A stretch of DNA of 61,788 nt, filler included, from Choristocarpus tenellus KU-1152 (GCA_964200185.2; 10 parts of 10 records of this genome joined end to end with filler, not necessarily neighbours in it), one strand, 5' to 3'. Counted from the whole stretch's first letter, positions 39,227 to 51,787 are shown. Notes: generated by a model from the sequence alone, not told the origin. Numbers and translations are program-made.

Positions 39227-41632
39227 ATTTTTAACACCCTACAGTGCAGTAGGCTTCCTCTTTCTTCAATCCTAAAAGCTCAGCCCTTGGGCAACTTCCC
39301 ACACCCATCCCCAGAACTAACTGACATCATTAAATAAAAAGGCTCATTAGAACCTCTACTTCATGAGCTACATAACCCCCATCAAGTCATTGCTGCAAGC
39401 TTCCACGCAGTCTATGCACAGTGATCTCACCCCCCCCCATAATAGCACCCAAACACCACTTGCCCCTCCAGCCTGGAGGTGGAGTCCAGGTGGGAAGGGG
39501 CTTCCTTACCTCTCCAGTACTACCAAGCTCTGTGGGCACTCTATCCTGCTCCGTAACATCGTACAGGCTTAATGTTGCTCCAACAGCAACTGCCTCCTCC
39601 TCAGTAAGTTCAATCTGTGGTAAGGTTTAGCAGATAGAGTGCAATGTAATGGAGCTATTCACACATTCACCTTACAATGCACTGTGAAATTTAATTTTCT
39701 CAAAATACACCACTTGAAGGTGCTGCTACTGTGATCAGACCTGTCCTCACAGTACACCATAGCAGATTCCAAGAGGCTCTATAGCAGTCACAGCTATTTG
39801 CTCTGTGGTGCTTTGTGTTCAGCATGTGAACAACAGTCATACTTCCAAATACCATGTGCCATGCTCAATTGCATGAATGGTCCAACATGAACACAAACAA
39901 TACTGAATAGCCAATATTCAATAGTGTTTACTGTGGCGATAATTCAGTCACAAGGGTTTGATAGTGAACCTTTCCAGTAGGTTAGCTGAGGAGGAAACAC
40001 CATGTGAGTGATGGGGGAGGGGCACCATAGCATTGTTGGTTGACATAGTTATCCCCCTACCAACATCCTCTTCATACCCATGTTGACACGCCGCAGAATG
40101 AAATGTATGATGTGACACCTGCAGCAGTAGGGACTCATCACTCTATCGCATTGATACTTCACCCTCCCAGCACACAGCAAGTCGATTATCACAGAGTTCT
40201 GACCAGGAGTTCTCTTAGCCTTGCTTCTCTCAGGTGTGAAGGTGATGGTTCATCTTCAAACAAAATGCACCTTAACACCCTTCACACAGAGCTACATTAT
40301 ACTATGTACTCATTGTCTACCATTTTACACCCACTGAAGCTTTGCACATGTTATCATGGGGGGGGGAAAGAAGCAATGCAGCAAGTTAGAGAACACAACA
40401 AACACAACAGAGTCTGTATCCAAAGGATGCATAGAATCAAAACTCGCTTGAAAACATTTGACATCGGAATAATATCTTGTTTTCCTTCAAAGCAAGGTAC
40501 TTAGAAGTGCGACCCAACTACTTGTATTCTCAACCATATGATGAACTGTCTCTCCCCTCTACTAATGTCATAAATCACAAGTGGTTCCATTCCATTTCTA
40601 ACAACCAAGTGAATCACACCGCCTAAAATATACTATAGACCCCTTTTGTCCCACCTCCTGCACCCACTACACCCTATCTCCCAGGGCTCACTTTGCCAGT
40701 GCTGGGTTTTCCCAGTAGAAATGCCAGGCCACCGAAGAGTGCGAGGACTGCAGCTGCAGTTGCCCCAATAGCCCCATTGGTCAAAGTGACGGTCTTAGGA
40801 ACATAATCGTCTGAGTAAGCCAAGAGGTGTGATCCAAGCTGAGGCATGATTCGGGCAAATGTATCAACTGATTAGTCGTATGCAGAGCAGGGAATTGCCA
40901 CCATTCATACTTTTTGAGAAGATGCAAGACTAGTGGACTGTACTAGTTGAATTGAAAGAGATTATGGAACCAGGTTGTGCTCTCCTTGGGTACAGGTGGA
41001 AGGGCTGGGTGAAGCGAAGCGTTGGTAAACTAATGGATGGGGAATATGTGAAAGAGTGTCGCGTAGAAACAAGAGATGTATAGTTTTAACCGTCCTGTAC
41101 TACTTCGGGCAGGCAGACCACGTTCTGTCACATGTTTGAGGCATGTGTGGAATGCGCTCTTATCGTGTACTTTTTTGGACAGATTGCCTTCCCGGAATTT
41201 ATCTCAACAAAAATAGCACATGCATGTGAGCACAACTCGTAAATAACTATCTTGGGTGCCCTTAGCTTCTTCCTCGCCTAACCAGCTTCAAACCTGGGAC
41301 ATGGTGTCCACACCCTCCGCTGGCAGCATTATCATTGACGTGCATGTCCTGAGGTGTTCAGGAGGGAGGATTCATGGGATAAGGACTTTTGGACACTACG
41401 TACATCTTGCTGTTGGGTCGAAACAAGTTGTAACCCGAATAATACTCGTCTCAATTGTGATTGTAAACCTTTGGCCCCAGTTTACACACATAGCTCACCT
41501 ACACCGCATCATCGAAGGAGCACCACCTGCGAGCTGAGCGGTACTTGTCCGTCGATTCAACGGGGTCAGAGGGGAAAAACCCTGGGCTAGGCCAATAGCA
41601 TATGCGACCGTCATAATAAAGGCAGCTCTCAT
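38621..41632 (-). CDS. 5' part of a nucleus-encoded plastid-targeted membrane protein, putative SAM-dependent (DOT1-like) methyltransferase. Exons 41499-41632, 41294-41348, 41091-41124, 40692-40867, 39510-39614, 38621-38727; 3' end off-contig
   Basis: MRAAFIMTVAYAIGLAQG|FSPLTPLNRRTST is a heterokont bipartite targeting leader. Hydrophobic helix GAIGATAAAVLALFGGLAFLLG follows. The model ends in TLSYAEFDL, resembling the YGE motif upstream of class I methyltransferase motif I. Exon phases are consistent. Confidence 0.6.
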
Positions 41633-42229
41633 TGTTGCGAGGCTGATATTGGAGGCCTGATATTAAGACAGGGTCAGCACAAATGTGAAGATGTGAAAGG
41701 AAGAAGGATGGACTGCAGGGAATGGCGGGAGATATCCGAAGGCCAGAACGTTTTCCTGACTGATCGCATGGACGTGGATCTACTGCCAGGATTAGAAGTC
41801 CGACCACACGACCAAGATTATTGCGAGATACCATACAATCTAATCACGAAGACAGATATTTCACCTAGCAATCCTTGAGACCCCAACTGCCAAGACACAC
41901 AGACCAATACTCTACTGGTTTCACCGCACCTATCAATGTTTATGTAGATCCCTTGTTATGTTTCCTTTCTACCAGGATCTAAAATGTCTACGTGAGGCAG
42001 GCTGCATAAGCCGAAGCAGGATTGGATTGTGTGACGCAAGATCATGTGTCACATACTAACTAAATTGTTGCAAACCTGGGGATGGCGTTTTGATTTCAAA
42101 TAGTTGTTTGAGAGAGCAGGCGACAAATACAAAAATACAGATACAATAGTGTGTATAATGAATAGCAGTAGATAAAATATTATGCCTTGGGACATTTATT
42201 AGTATTATCCACACAAGAATTTAGACTCA

Positions 42230-43100
42230 CCGCCAGCAGATCCTTAGGGAGGGAGGAGACCCTATCCAACAGGTTCCCAGTGGCAGGGTGCAGGATGTAA
42301 ACATGAACACTAGACATGCTTGTACTTGCCCTAGGGCAGGGGGACAAGTTTCCCAACACACACCAATCAATGGTGAAGTGTCTAGGTTAACTCTGCAAAG
42401 GAATTGGCATCCCTAGCACTATGTAGGACGATAGACCATTCACAGTGGATCGGAATTTCCGCATGGATGTGGTCTTTCATGCTGGGGCACTTACGGACGC
42501 CGGATCAGGCCCCTACCAGGACAAAGACCTCCTCCTGGATGTCACATTTGCCGACGTACAAGCAGCCTCCCATCTGCCACGCTCATCCACCAGCAATGGT
42601 GTAGCTGCTGCTATAGCTGAGGAGCGAATGTGCATCAACTACGAAGGTTCTTTTGACCCTCGGATTCTTAACCTCATGACCTTCACTGTGGGAAGTTTTG
42701 GAGGTCTCAGTAAGCAAGCAGAATGTTTTCTGGATGAGTTGGCTATGCACGCAGGAAGGGGGAGAGGGGCGGGAGGCTACAGGAGGAAAGGAGCTGTCAG
42801 ATCCTGTTTACGAGAGATAGTGTTCGTCACAGCATAAGTGGCTTAAGATGGGCAAGGAGGAACCAGTCAGATTCTTGGGATTCTTCTCTAGCTCCTCGCC
42901 CTGGGGTGTAGGACTAAGCTAGGTTGGAGGCATAGGAGGGGAGTGGTGTAGCATACCTGGTTGTGAAATAGTAAATAGATCAAACGTCTATCACATTTTC
43001 GACAACTCTTACTATTTGGGGGATTTTTGTGACATGTTAATAGTTTTCATTGGCTTTTCCTGTGACACATCTCCAAAATGTCAAAGGGCATAATAATAAA
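42230..43100 (+). mobile_element. 5'-truncated CRE copy (Zn knuckle, RLE, 3' UTR, tail)
   Basis: ORF 42445-42837 (RMDVVFHAG...LLDVTF...YEGSFDPR) parallels 48327-48914. Ends caaaatgtcaaagggcataataataa. Confidence 0.85.
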
Positions 43101-43327
43101 AATAGTAGTAGTGTATGTCTTGAATATATATATTACTATGCCCTCTGAGTCTTGAATATGGTTTCGGTTTAGTTGGCGGTATGATACGACCTAGAAAGAA
43201 ACCGTTGACGGTATATTTCGAAATGCGTGTACCATTCACAGTAGCCAAGGGATGTCATACCGTTCTGCTAACTTTGGTATTGGAAAAGTAGAAGTTTTGG
43301 GGGCTCCACAACAACCAAGCAGATTTT

Positions 43328-43822
43328 TTTAAAGACGAGTGGATACACATGCAGTGGGGGGGAGAGGGACGGGAGGCTTTAGCAGGGAAAGAGCTGTCAA
43401 ATCCCCCTTACGACGAATAGTGTCCACAACTATACAAGTGGCTCTCTCGAGGCGGGTCATCATGCGTTTCAACGCAGAGACACCAAGCAGATGGGCAAGA
43501 AGGGACCAGCCAGATTCTTGGGATGCTTCACAGGATCCTCGCCCACTTGTGTAGGGGTAAGCTAGGTTGAAGGCATAGCAGCAGTGTACACATAATATTG
43601 TAGTTACCAACTTTTAAGGGGGTGTTGGAGTATAGCTGATATTCAAATAGTAAATGGTCTTTGGAGAGGCATCTTTCACATTTACGACAACTGTTACTTT
43701 CAAGGATCTTTGTGAAGTGGTCTAGCTCTCCCTTGACACATGTGCACAATGTCAGAGGGCACAATTAACTATATATACACATTTGTTGATGTATCTGCAA
43801 AATGTCCGACGGCATAATAACT
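43328..43822 (+). mobile_element. 5'-truncated CRE copy with doubled tail motif
   Basis: RAVKSPLRRIVSTTIQVALSRRVIMRF..ETPSRW. Tail motifs at ~43730-43768 and ~43795-43822. Confidence 0.75.
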
Positions 43823-43874
43823 ACGTAGTTCGAAGCATGTTCAATTGCAACAAGCATATATATGCTTCGAAGTA

Positions 43875-44460
43875 GTTATTATGCCCTCTGACATTTTGCA
43901 TATGTGTGTAGGGAAAAGCCAAACCTGTATCACAAGAACTACTACTGTTGTAAGAATAACAGATGTTAATGCAATAGATGCCCCTCTAAGAAATATTTAC
44001 TATTTGAGAACTATAATACAACAATGCTCTGTTTTAAAGGTTGGTAACTACAACGTAATGTGTACACTGCTGTTATGCTTCTAACCTTGCTGCCCTATGA
44101 AGCTGGGCAAGGAGCCAGGGAAGCAACCCAAGAATCCGATAGGTCCCTGTTGCCCATCTGCCTGGTGTCTCTAGCTTAAAGCGCATGATGCATCTTGAGA
44201 CAGCCGCTTGTGCAGTGACACACACTATCTGTTTCAATTGGAACTTGGCACTCCCTTTCCTACCGTATCCTTCCGTCCCTCTCCTCCCTACTGTGTTTGT
44301 GGCTAGCTCATCCAAAAACATTTTGCTTGCTTTCCAAGGTGCCCAGGACTTTCCACTGCCAAGGTGTTGAGATTAAAACTATGAGGGTCAAAAGATCCCT
44401 CACAATGGTATTGGTTTTGCGCATTCGCTGCAGCAGTAGCTACATGATTCATTGCAAGTG
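43875..44460 (-). mobile_element. 5'-truncated CRE copy, opposite orientation
   Basis: ORF 44073-44321 FLDELATNTVGRRG..GYGRKGSAK..LKQIV. Tail ttatgccctctgacattttgca at 43879-43900. Confidence 0.8.
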
Positions 44461-44814
44461 GAGCCGAATGGGACCACAGTTGACAGGCTGCTAGAACGTT
44501 TGTACAAATAGCATCCAGAAGGAGGCCTTTGTCCCACTAGGAAGCTGAGCCAGCGTCCAAGAGTACCCCAGTATGGAACACAAAATCCATACCAAAGTTG
44601 TGATATTCGAGAAAAATACAGTGCTAACTGTACCGAAGTGTACGCATACCTGCTACCATGTATATTGACGCGTACGTCTGACCACAATAACTTGATATCT
44701 CCATGAATACCTTTCATTTTTGGGTGTACACACTGTCACTGTTCCTTGTTAATACTGCCTCCAAAAATGCACGTTTTTGATATTTTTTAGGAAGCATCAC
44801 AATCTGTCACTATC

Positions 44815-44995
44815 TGTTACAGGCGAATAGCGCGAGCATTTCTTCTTGTGTTGTAGCAAATGCGAGCATTTGTTACACGCGAATAGCGCGAGCATTTCTC
44901 CTCATGTTTTAGCAAACACGAACATTTGTGACAGGCGAATAGTGCGAGCATTGTTTCTCGCGTTCTAACAAGTGCGAACAATATACGAGATTAGT
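44815..44995. repeat. Dispersed repeat with three ~56-bp subunits (gttacaggcgaatagcgcgagcattt); reverse copy at 34938-35380 is split by MITE A
   Basis: Direct sequence comparison of the two loci. Confidence 0.8.
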
Positions 44996-45440
44996 AACAC
45001 ATAGCCATAGAGATTAAATGCTGATTTCGTATAAGATACAGAGTAAGGTTCGTAATGCATACGTAACATTACAGAATAAAATGTTAAAGTGTCTAAGAAG
45101 TTGCAGAATAAAGGTATATAATTGGAGTACGAATAGAGCAGTTGCATAGAAGACCAAAGAAATTGGGTGGATAATGAAAATAATAAGAGGGCTTTTGGTC
45201 AAATTCATGACCCCCCCTAAATCAATCTTTTTGTCTTGAACGAAACATTGAGTTGAGCTTTGAGCTAAGCACCGAGTGGAGTATCAAGAGAAGGCTGCCT
45301 GACACCCAACAAACTATTACCAAGGGCAACGCCCCCATAGNNNNNNNNNNNNNNNNNNNNNNNNNNNNNNNNNNNNNNNNNNNNTTAATTAATTAANNNN
45401 NNNNNNNNNNNNNNNNNNNNNNNNNNNNNNNNNNNNNNNN

Positions 45441-48400
45441 CCACTACCCCCCCCCCCTCCACAGGAAATCTAGGCCACCTACCACCGCATCCACATCTGC
45501 CTTGGGGGGTTCACACCCCAAGTGTAGCTTCTGCCCTTGACCAAGTCTAGATGGAGAACCTGGAGCAGATATACATCACCATGGTGAAGAAGGTCCCGGG
45601 CAGGTTCTGCACCGCCCAGACAATCACCCTCATGCACACAGTGGGTCTCCTGATACATGAGGTAACCGCCCCAAGGCTGGAAGGAGGGACACCAACAATA
45701 GGGGTCATCAGAGCATCCAAACTCTTCCACATGATATCTGGCCTCTTAATGGAAAATGATGGACAGTTCTCGTGGGAGCAAAGGTTTGCCCGGGTGGCAT
45801 TAGGGAACATCCAAGAGCTGGTAGCATGGCTACTAGAACGATCCCAGAGGACCAGCAGACTTAGGGAGGTCCCTGGAGAGGACCGCAAATCCCGCCAGGA
45901 ACGCGCGGCAACTTTGGTTCACCACCATGAAGGAATCTCCAAGGGGGTGAGTATGCTCCTAGCATAACCCAGAGCCCCGGGGACGGAGGAGACTTTCAAG
46001 TGTGCTGGTCCCCAAACACCTGAGTGGGAACCAGGATGAGCTTAGGCAGGCTATTGCAGACACAAAAGACAGGGTACAAGGGAATTCAAGATCTGGGGAA
46101 CAAAGGTACTGCCCACCGGAAGGGGAGTACACCCCCACCTCCCTTCGAACGGCCTTCATGAGGGCGAACAGCAACTCTGCACCAGGCCCCAATGGGATCA
46201 GATCAGCCATCATGACATATATTGTGTTGGTCATGAAGAAGTGGCGGAGGCGTTTGCAAATCTATGGGAGCTAGCCTACACCTCCCCGGACTCTTTACCT
46301 CTGGAGTTCTGCACACTTTACACACACTCCAGACTGTCCGCAATTGGGGAGAAGTGTCACCCGGTTGCCTGCGGGTCTTTCTTCAGAAGGGTATGTGCGT
46401 CAGCTTTCTGCACGGACTGGCGTCCTTACCTGGAGGAATTATTTGGTGGAGTAGGACAATTTGGCGTTGGGGTCCCAAATGGAGTAGAGCTTGCACTCCT
46501 AGATATTCGCCTAAGGAATGACTGTGGAGAATTGTTGGGTCATCAGTTTAGACGGAAAAAATTATTTCAACAGTGTGTACCGCTCAGCTTTCATCAAAGC
46601 TCTCCCAGAGACTCTACCAGGACTCTCTGCCTTATATCTCCAAGGTATATGGGGACACCCGAAATCTTCTTTTCCCCCAGGAGGAGGGAGGGATGAAGAT
46701 CCTGCTATCAAGATCAGGGGCTCAACAGGGAGAACCCCTTGGCCCCCTCTAGTATTGCATGGCAACACATAAGAGCCAAAGTATCTTTGAGGGTAGAGCC
46801 GTGTCCATTTTGGGGCCAAAATCCAATGTTGCGATTGTGATGAAATAATGCCTGTCGTGTTTGTTTAGAAGTGTCAATATCCTTGTTCTGGACACACCTT
46901 TTCATAACGTACACATTTTACCTACTCTGAAACATTTAGGAGTAGGAAAATGTCATAAACAATCCCATGGGAAGCCTAGCCCCAAATAGGCAAACAGGTC
47001 AAACCTGTACCCTCTAAGATACTTTCACTCATAAGGCGCTACAACGGGTCCAATCTGCTTTTGGACCTCAAGGGATTTCCTCCCGAAACTATCTGGACGA
47101 CACGTCCATATCTGCAAGGGAGATCGACCCTAACACCATAGCTGATTTCGAGCAGTTAAGAACTGACCTCCATGGGGTAGGCATTGAGTTAAATATGGAC
47201 AAGACCTTCGCCGCACCTCCCCAGGGCCAACAACCCACACCCTCAGAACTGGAGCTTCTTTCCACAGCGGGAATCAACCTAGGCCAGAACCCCAATGGTT
47301 TTGCCACATTGTGTGGGAACAGATAGCTTTATCCAAGCCCGTATGACTGAGGTGATCGAGACCTCTGGGACACGAACTTTGGCCACACACCTCAGCGAGA
47401 CGGAGGACAAACAGGTGGCCTGACTCCTCAACTCCTAGTCTTTTCCTCCCGCCTAGGCTATCTTGTGAGGGTCATTCCACCCCTCCTAGCATGCTCCACC
47501 ATGGAGCAAGCAGACAACACCTCTTTATGGACACTAGAGAGGATAATGGAGGTAGCAGACTCAACAGAGGCGACGTATTTTTTGAGGGAGGGTGCAATAA
47601 TTGGTCTCTCCACCTAGAGACCCACCAACAAGTGCGGGCGCAGATGCCAACAAGTCCGGGGGGTCTTGGTCTCTCCTCTATGAAACACCGTAAAGATGCG
47701 GCTTTCGTAGGATCTCTGGTGGCTACTCTCCCTACCCTCCTAGCAAGGCAGCAAGGGCCTCATGGCGAGTCCTTCTCACAAGCTGTCTGCACGAGCCCCA
47801 CAGTACAGGCTTTAGGATCGTCCAATCACACCCTCCATTCTACAGGTATCCCCTCAGAAGATCTTGTGGAAATCATTGGCCAAGACCGGGTAACCTGGGG
47901 GGGAACAACATTCCCTGCACCTGCTCCGGAGGTCCACGTCTGGCATCTCATAACTCCAGGATCACAAGGAGGGCTCAACATGAGATCACACGCCTCCTGA
48001 ACAGGATCCATTTCGACTCCTTCCGGAGACAACTAGTCAGCCTATCGAGTGAAGTACAACAGGGGAAGGAAAGCTCCTCATTAGCCCTAGCACACTATCG
48101 GAGCCAGTGTGGACAAGGGGGAAACGCATGGACCTGAACGCAACCCCTAGATCCAGCATGCCAGATCCCCGCTCTAGAATTCAAGCTTTCAGCCAGCAGA
48201 TCCCTAGGGAGGGAGGAGGTCCTCTTAAACAAGTGCCCAGTGGCAGGGCGCAGTAGGCAAAATGTCGATACTAGAAATGCCTGTACCTGCCTCAGGGCAA
48301 GAGGATAGGTTCGACAGCACACACCGATGGTAAAACGCCTAAGCCAACTATGCAAGGGAATGGACACCCCTTGCACTACAGAGGACTGCAGCCCCTTCAC

Positions 48401-49090
48401 CGTAGCCAGGAATCTCCGCATGGATCTAGTTTTCCATGCAGGGGCACTGGCGAACGCTGGAAAAACTCCCTACTTGGGCAAAGGCCTTCTGCTAGATTTT
48501 ACATTTTCAGAAGTGAAGGTAGCCTCCCATCTTACACACTCATCCACCAGCAATGATTTAGCTGCTGCTGCAGCCGAGGTGCAAAAGTGCACCCACTACG
48601 AGGGCTCTTTTGATCCTCGTAGTTATAACCTCAACACATTCGCGGTAGAACGTTTTGGGCGCCTCGGCAAGCAAGTGGAATGCTTCCTGGATGAGCTGGC
48701 TAAACACATGGTGGGCGGGAGGGGAAGTGGAGGATATAGCAGGAAAGGAGCGGTTAAATCTCGGCTACGCCAAATTGTCTCAGCAACAACGCATGTGGCA
48801 TTGTCTAGACGTGTCATGCGTTTTGAGCTGGAGTCACCAGGGAGATGGGCATGGAGGGGTTTGTTGGATTCTTGGGATGACTCCCTAGCTCTTCCCCCTG
48901 GGGTAGAGGAATAGGAACATTGAAGGCACAGGAAAGGCAGTGGTACAACATAGTAGTGAAATAACAAATATATTAGTGTTTTCACAATTGTGACATATTT
49001 TATTTCTTCAAGGCTTATACTGACATGTGAATAGTTTTAATTGGTTTCCCCCCTGACACACCAGCAAAATGTCAGAGGTCATATTAAAAT
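45441..49090 (+). mobile_element. Degenerate CRE-clade non-LTR retrotransposon (RT + Zn knuckle + restriction-like endonuclease) with frameshifts, stops and a MITE insertion
   Basis: RT motifs SAPGPNG, PVACGSFFRR, QFGVGVPNGVE, LDGKNYFNSV, QQGEPLGPL, YLDD (47090-47101), GGLGL. C-terminal RMDLV...LLDFT...AEVQKCTHY...FAVERFGRLG (RLE). 3' tail motif at ~49045-49090. Confidence 0.85.
46773..47030 (+). mobile_element. MITE family A copy 2, inserted in the CRE RT, TSD ATAA
   Basis: GAGCCAAAGTATCTT...AAGATACTTTCACTC. Removing it plus one ATAA restores GCA ACA CAT AAG GCG CTA (ATHKAL). Confidence 0.9.
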
Positions 49091-49333
49091 AATATAATGT
49101 AAAGCTTTCATTGGTTTCCCCCCTATTGGGTAAAAATATCTGGGGGGGGGTGGTTTGTGAGGGNNNNNNNNNNNNNNNNNNNNNNNNNNNNNNNNNNNNN
49201 NNNNNNNTTAATTAATTAANNNNNNNNNNNNNNNNNNNNNNNNNNNNNNNNNNNNNNNNNNNNCCAACCTCAATAACGGCACTGCTTGTTGCTCCTCTGT
49301 TCTGACCTCCCCACCCACCCACCCCCAAAAAAG

Positions 49334-49714
49334 GTGTCGATTTTTGGTGAACTCGCAGATAAGCATGGAGTCAGTAGGAGTCTTGTCCTCCAAATTGTAA
49401 GTAGGTTGGAAGCAGAAGGTCGAATCTCTGGAGTTTTTGATCGTTGGCAAGGCGGAAGTTTTGTCAGCATCACAATAGACGAGATGTACAAGCTAGCAGC
49501 CTTTGTGAGGCAACAAGGGCGTGTCAGCATGAGGGAGCTCATATTGGAGGCCAATCAAGTGCTTGGGCTCAGTGAGTATTCAGGACCAGAGGAACAACAA
49601 ATCCACTCTTCTACCACAAAGAAAGGAGGGGTAGAGGATAATAAGCAAAATTGTGGCACTAGTGGGTTGGCAACATTGGAGGATACAAGCACAGATGGCA
49701 AAGAGAGGTTGTGA
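49334..49714 (+). CDS. DDRGK1: Last exon of DDRGK1/UFBP1-like protein (winged-helix/PCI domain)
   Basis: VSIFGELADKHG...RLEAEGRISGVFDRWQGGSFVSITIDEMYKLAAFVRQQGRVSMRELILEANQVL aligns by eye with the DDRGK1 segment L..EG.ITGVIDDRGKFIYIT.EE..VA.FIRQRGRVSI.EL. Confidence 0.75.
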   Translation: MSIFGELADKHGVSRSLVLQIVSRLEAEGRISGVFDRWQGGSFVSITIDEMYKLAAFVRQQGRVSMRELILEANQVLGLSEYSGPEEQQIHSSTTKKGGVEDNKQNCGTSGLATLEDTSTDGKERL

Positions 49715-50266
49715 GTAGTAGTAAAATGAAAGGAAAGTGATGATCGGTACCAGTTTGTGCTTACCTATTTTAGAATTTATGTGTGTGGGAGATCTTGAGT
49801 TTTATCCCAATAGTTGACTTGTGGCTCTTGTAAACTGTTGCTGATTGCTTTTGTCAATATTTGCCGTGGATGGCATCTCAGATATTGTGCTGATGCCTGG
49901 CGAGTTGATAGATCAACTGGATAGAAACATCTTCAAGATGAAACAGTTCCTCAAACTTGATCGCAAGACAGCAGTATTAGGTAATAGTTGTACTATGGAA
50001 GTGAATGAGATACAGAGGACACCTGCACAACATTAGTGTAAAATTTGGATTTTCAATGCATTTTGTGCACATCTCGTCTGATTGCATGGGAAGAATGTTA
50101 GATTAAACGAGGAAACATAAAAATTGTGATTATCCTTGATTTGGATAAGGTGCAAAAATATATTTTGGAAAAATTATGCTGAAGTATATTCATAAGTCTC
50201 TCTTCTGAAGTCCTCTGTTTCGCTTCCCTATGGCAGGTCCAAGATAAAGAAATAAATTAGTATAAA

Positions 50267-51532
50267 TTAATCCATCTTCTTGCGTGATACCCCCTGAAGA
50301 ATCTGTACTAGCATGCCGCTCACAGTAAAGACACCTCCGATGATGGCACACACGCTGGTCAGGAACTCCAACAGAGACCTGCGTGTCTCTGTGTACTTCA
50401 CCATCACTGGCGAGAAGTCATATGCAATTAACACCCCCAACCACTGAAGAGAAGCCTCTTGTGACAGTGCCGCTGCTTCAGAGAGGGAAGCAAACCCAAC
50501 AGAGTAGGTGTATGTGTCCACCTCGTGACCATGCAATGGCTGGAGGGAGGTTGGCACAACCTTGAGGTTGTAGATCATCTGCCCCGGTCCCAGTTCTGAT
50601 ACCTGTACTGTGCCCCGTAGTGGGTCCTGCTCTTGTCCCTGACCCCAGCCTTGTAGCCAACCCCTGCCTGCTTGTTCTGGGCCGAAACCAAGCTCGTGGA
50701 CGACGTGACTGACATTTGCCCCTTGTTTCGCAAACTTGCCTCTGCGCATCTCATGCCCTATTGTCGTTGGACCATTTTTCCCGAGAACAAGTCGGGTCGG
50801 GTCATGATGCATCACATGGAGACGAATAGAGCCCCCGGTTCTTGCGACAGTGATGACCCCGTCTAGTGTACATCCCGGACCAGGACCGTCAAACGGTCCC
50901 TTTTCTTTTCGTTTGGAGGCACGTCGCTCCACAGTCTCCAAGGTATCTTTTCCCCTCCCATTATTGACGTTATCTGAGATAACCTCGATATCTAAGCAGG
51001 CAGGAATTAAAAGCAGGTAATAAATTAGGACGGAATATGTCACTAAGATCAGTGGTTTGTCTCCATGAACAAAATGCATCTGGAAGAAAACGACCTGAAC
51101 GGTTGCCGTTTAAAACATATCACGAAGATTGGGGTTAAGGGGACCAGAAATCAAAAGCCCCACCTTCGCAACTGATGTACGGAAAAGTCACGTGTAGTCG
51201 GACGTTGACGGTATCGTACTCATGGAAGTCAGCTACCGCCATGTGGGTCAAGGTGTCCACAGTAAGATAGATCTTGAGTTCAGATAAGAAGAGGATGACC
51301 ATCAATGTAACACTTGCCACAGTAACTTGCGCAGTGTTACGTTGAGGGTGAAGAGTGGGGCATAATAATTGTTGGCCAGTGTAGCAGGCTGAGAATTGCT
51401 ATTTGAAGAGGAGGGTGATTGCTCAATACTGGAGACTTTACCTACTGCACCGACCAGAGAGCGATCGTGCACGCCCTCGATGGCTTTGCTATGCAAGTCG
51501 AAACGTCGAAAGCTTGCCGTCCGGGACACCAT
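50267..51532 (-). CDS. ERGIC3/Erv46-Erv41 family COPII vesicle membrane protein, ~325 aa, exons 51442-51532, 51164-51325, 50267-50991
   Basis: N-terminal FRRFDLHSK...GAVVT..TM..FLSEL, TFPYISCE, GCTLDG, NVSHVVHELGFG, YDFSPVMVKYTETRRSLLEFLTSVCAIIGGVFTVSG and a C-terminal dilysine KKMD ER-retrieval signal. Complete, phase-consistent model. Confidence 0.9.
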
Positions 51533-51787
51533 CGTAGGACCCGTTCCTAACGACCTGTAAAAGAATGCTGCCTTGTCTGTACACCTACTCCAAAGGGGAA
51601 GGTCATGATCGTTGAATTTGGAAAAGATAAGAGTATTAGGCCTCGCAGGTTTATGTTAACCAGTTGTAAACATTTAATATTTATTACCTCCAAAAATAAC
51701 CATGTAGTCAAGTTGGTGGATACTCAGTGTATTCTTAATATAGCACAAGATCATTGCACTTTGAGGCAGAGATAGACAGCGGGCTAA
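51533..51787. promoter_or_regulatory. Putative bidirectional promoter between the ERGIC3-like and MFS genes
   Basis: Divergent start codons 255-340 bp apart on the same contig; positional inference only. Confidence 0.5.

Noticed and set aside
40205-40265. Possible exon FEDEPSPSHLREARLRELL in the plastid-protein gene
   Set aside because: Phase-0 entry from either nearby acceptor hits a stop; the flanking exons join in frame without it.
44815-44965. Three spaced direct repeats resembling a CRISPR array
   Set aside because: The 'spacers' are similar to each other, the context is eukaryotic, there are no cas genes, and a dispersed second copy shows it is a TE subrepeat.
45441-48914. RT plus nuclease as a retron/DGR-like or novel defence system
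   Set aside because: Motif order (RT, GGLGL, Zn knuckle, RLE, simple-repeat tail) and the many 5'-truncated copies fit an ordinary decayed CRE-clade retrotransposon.
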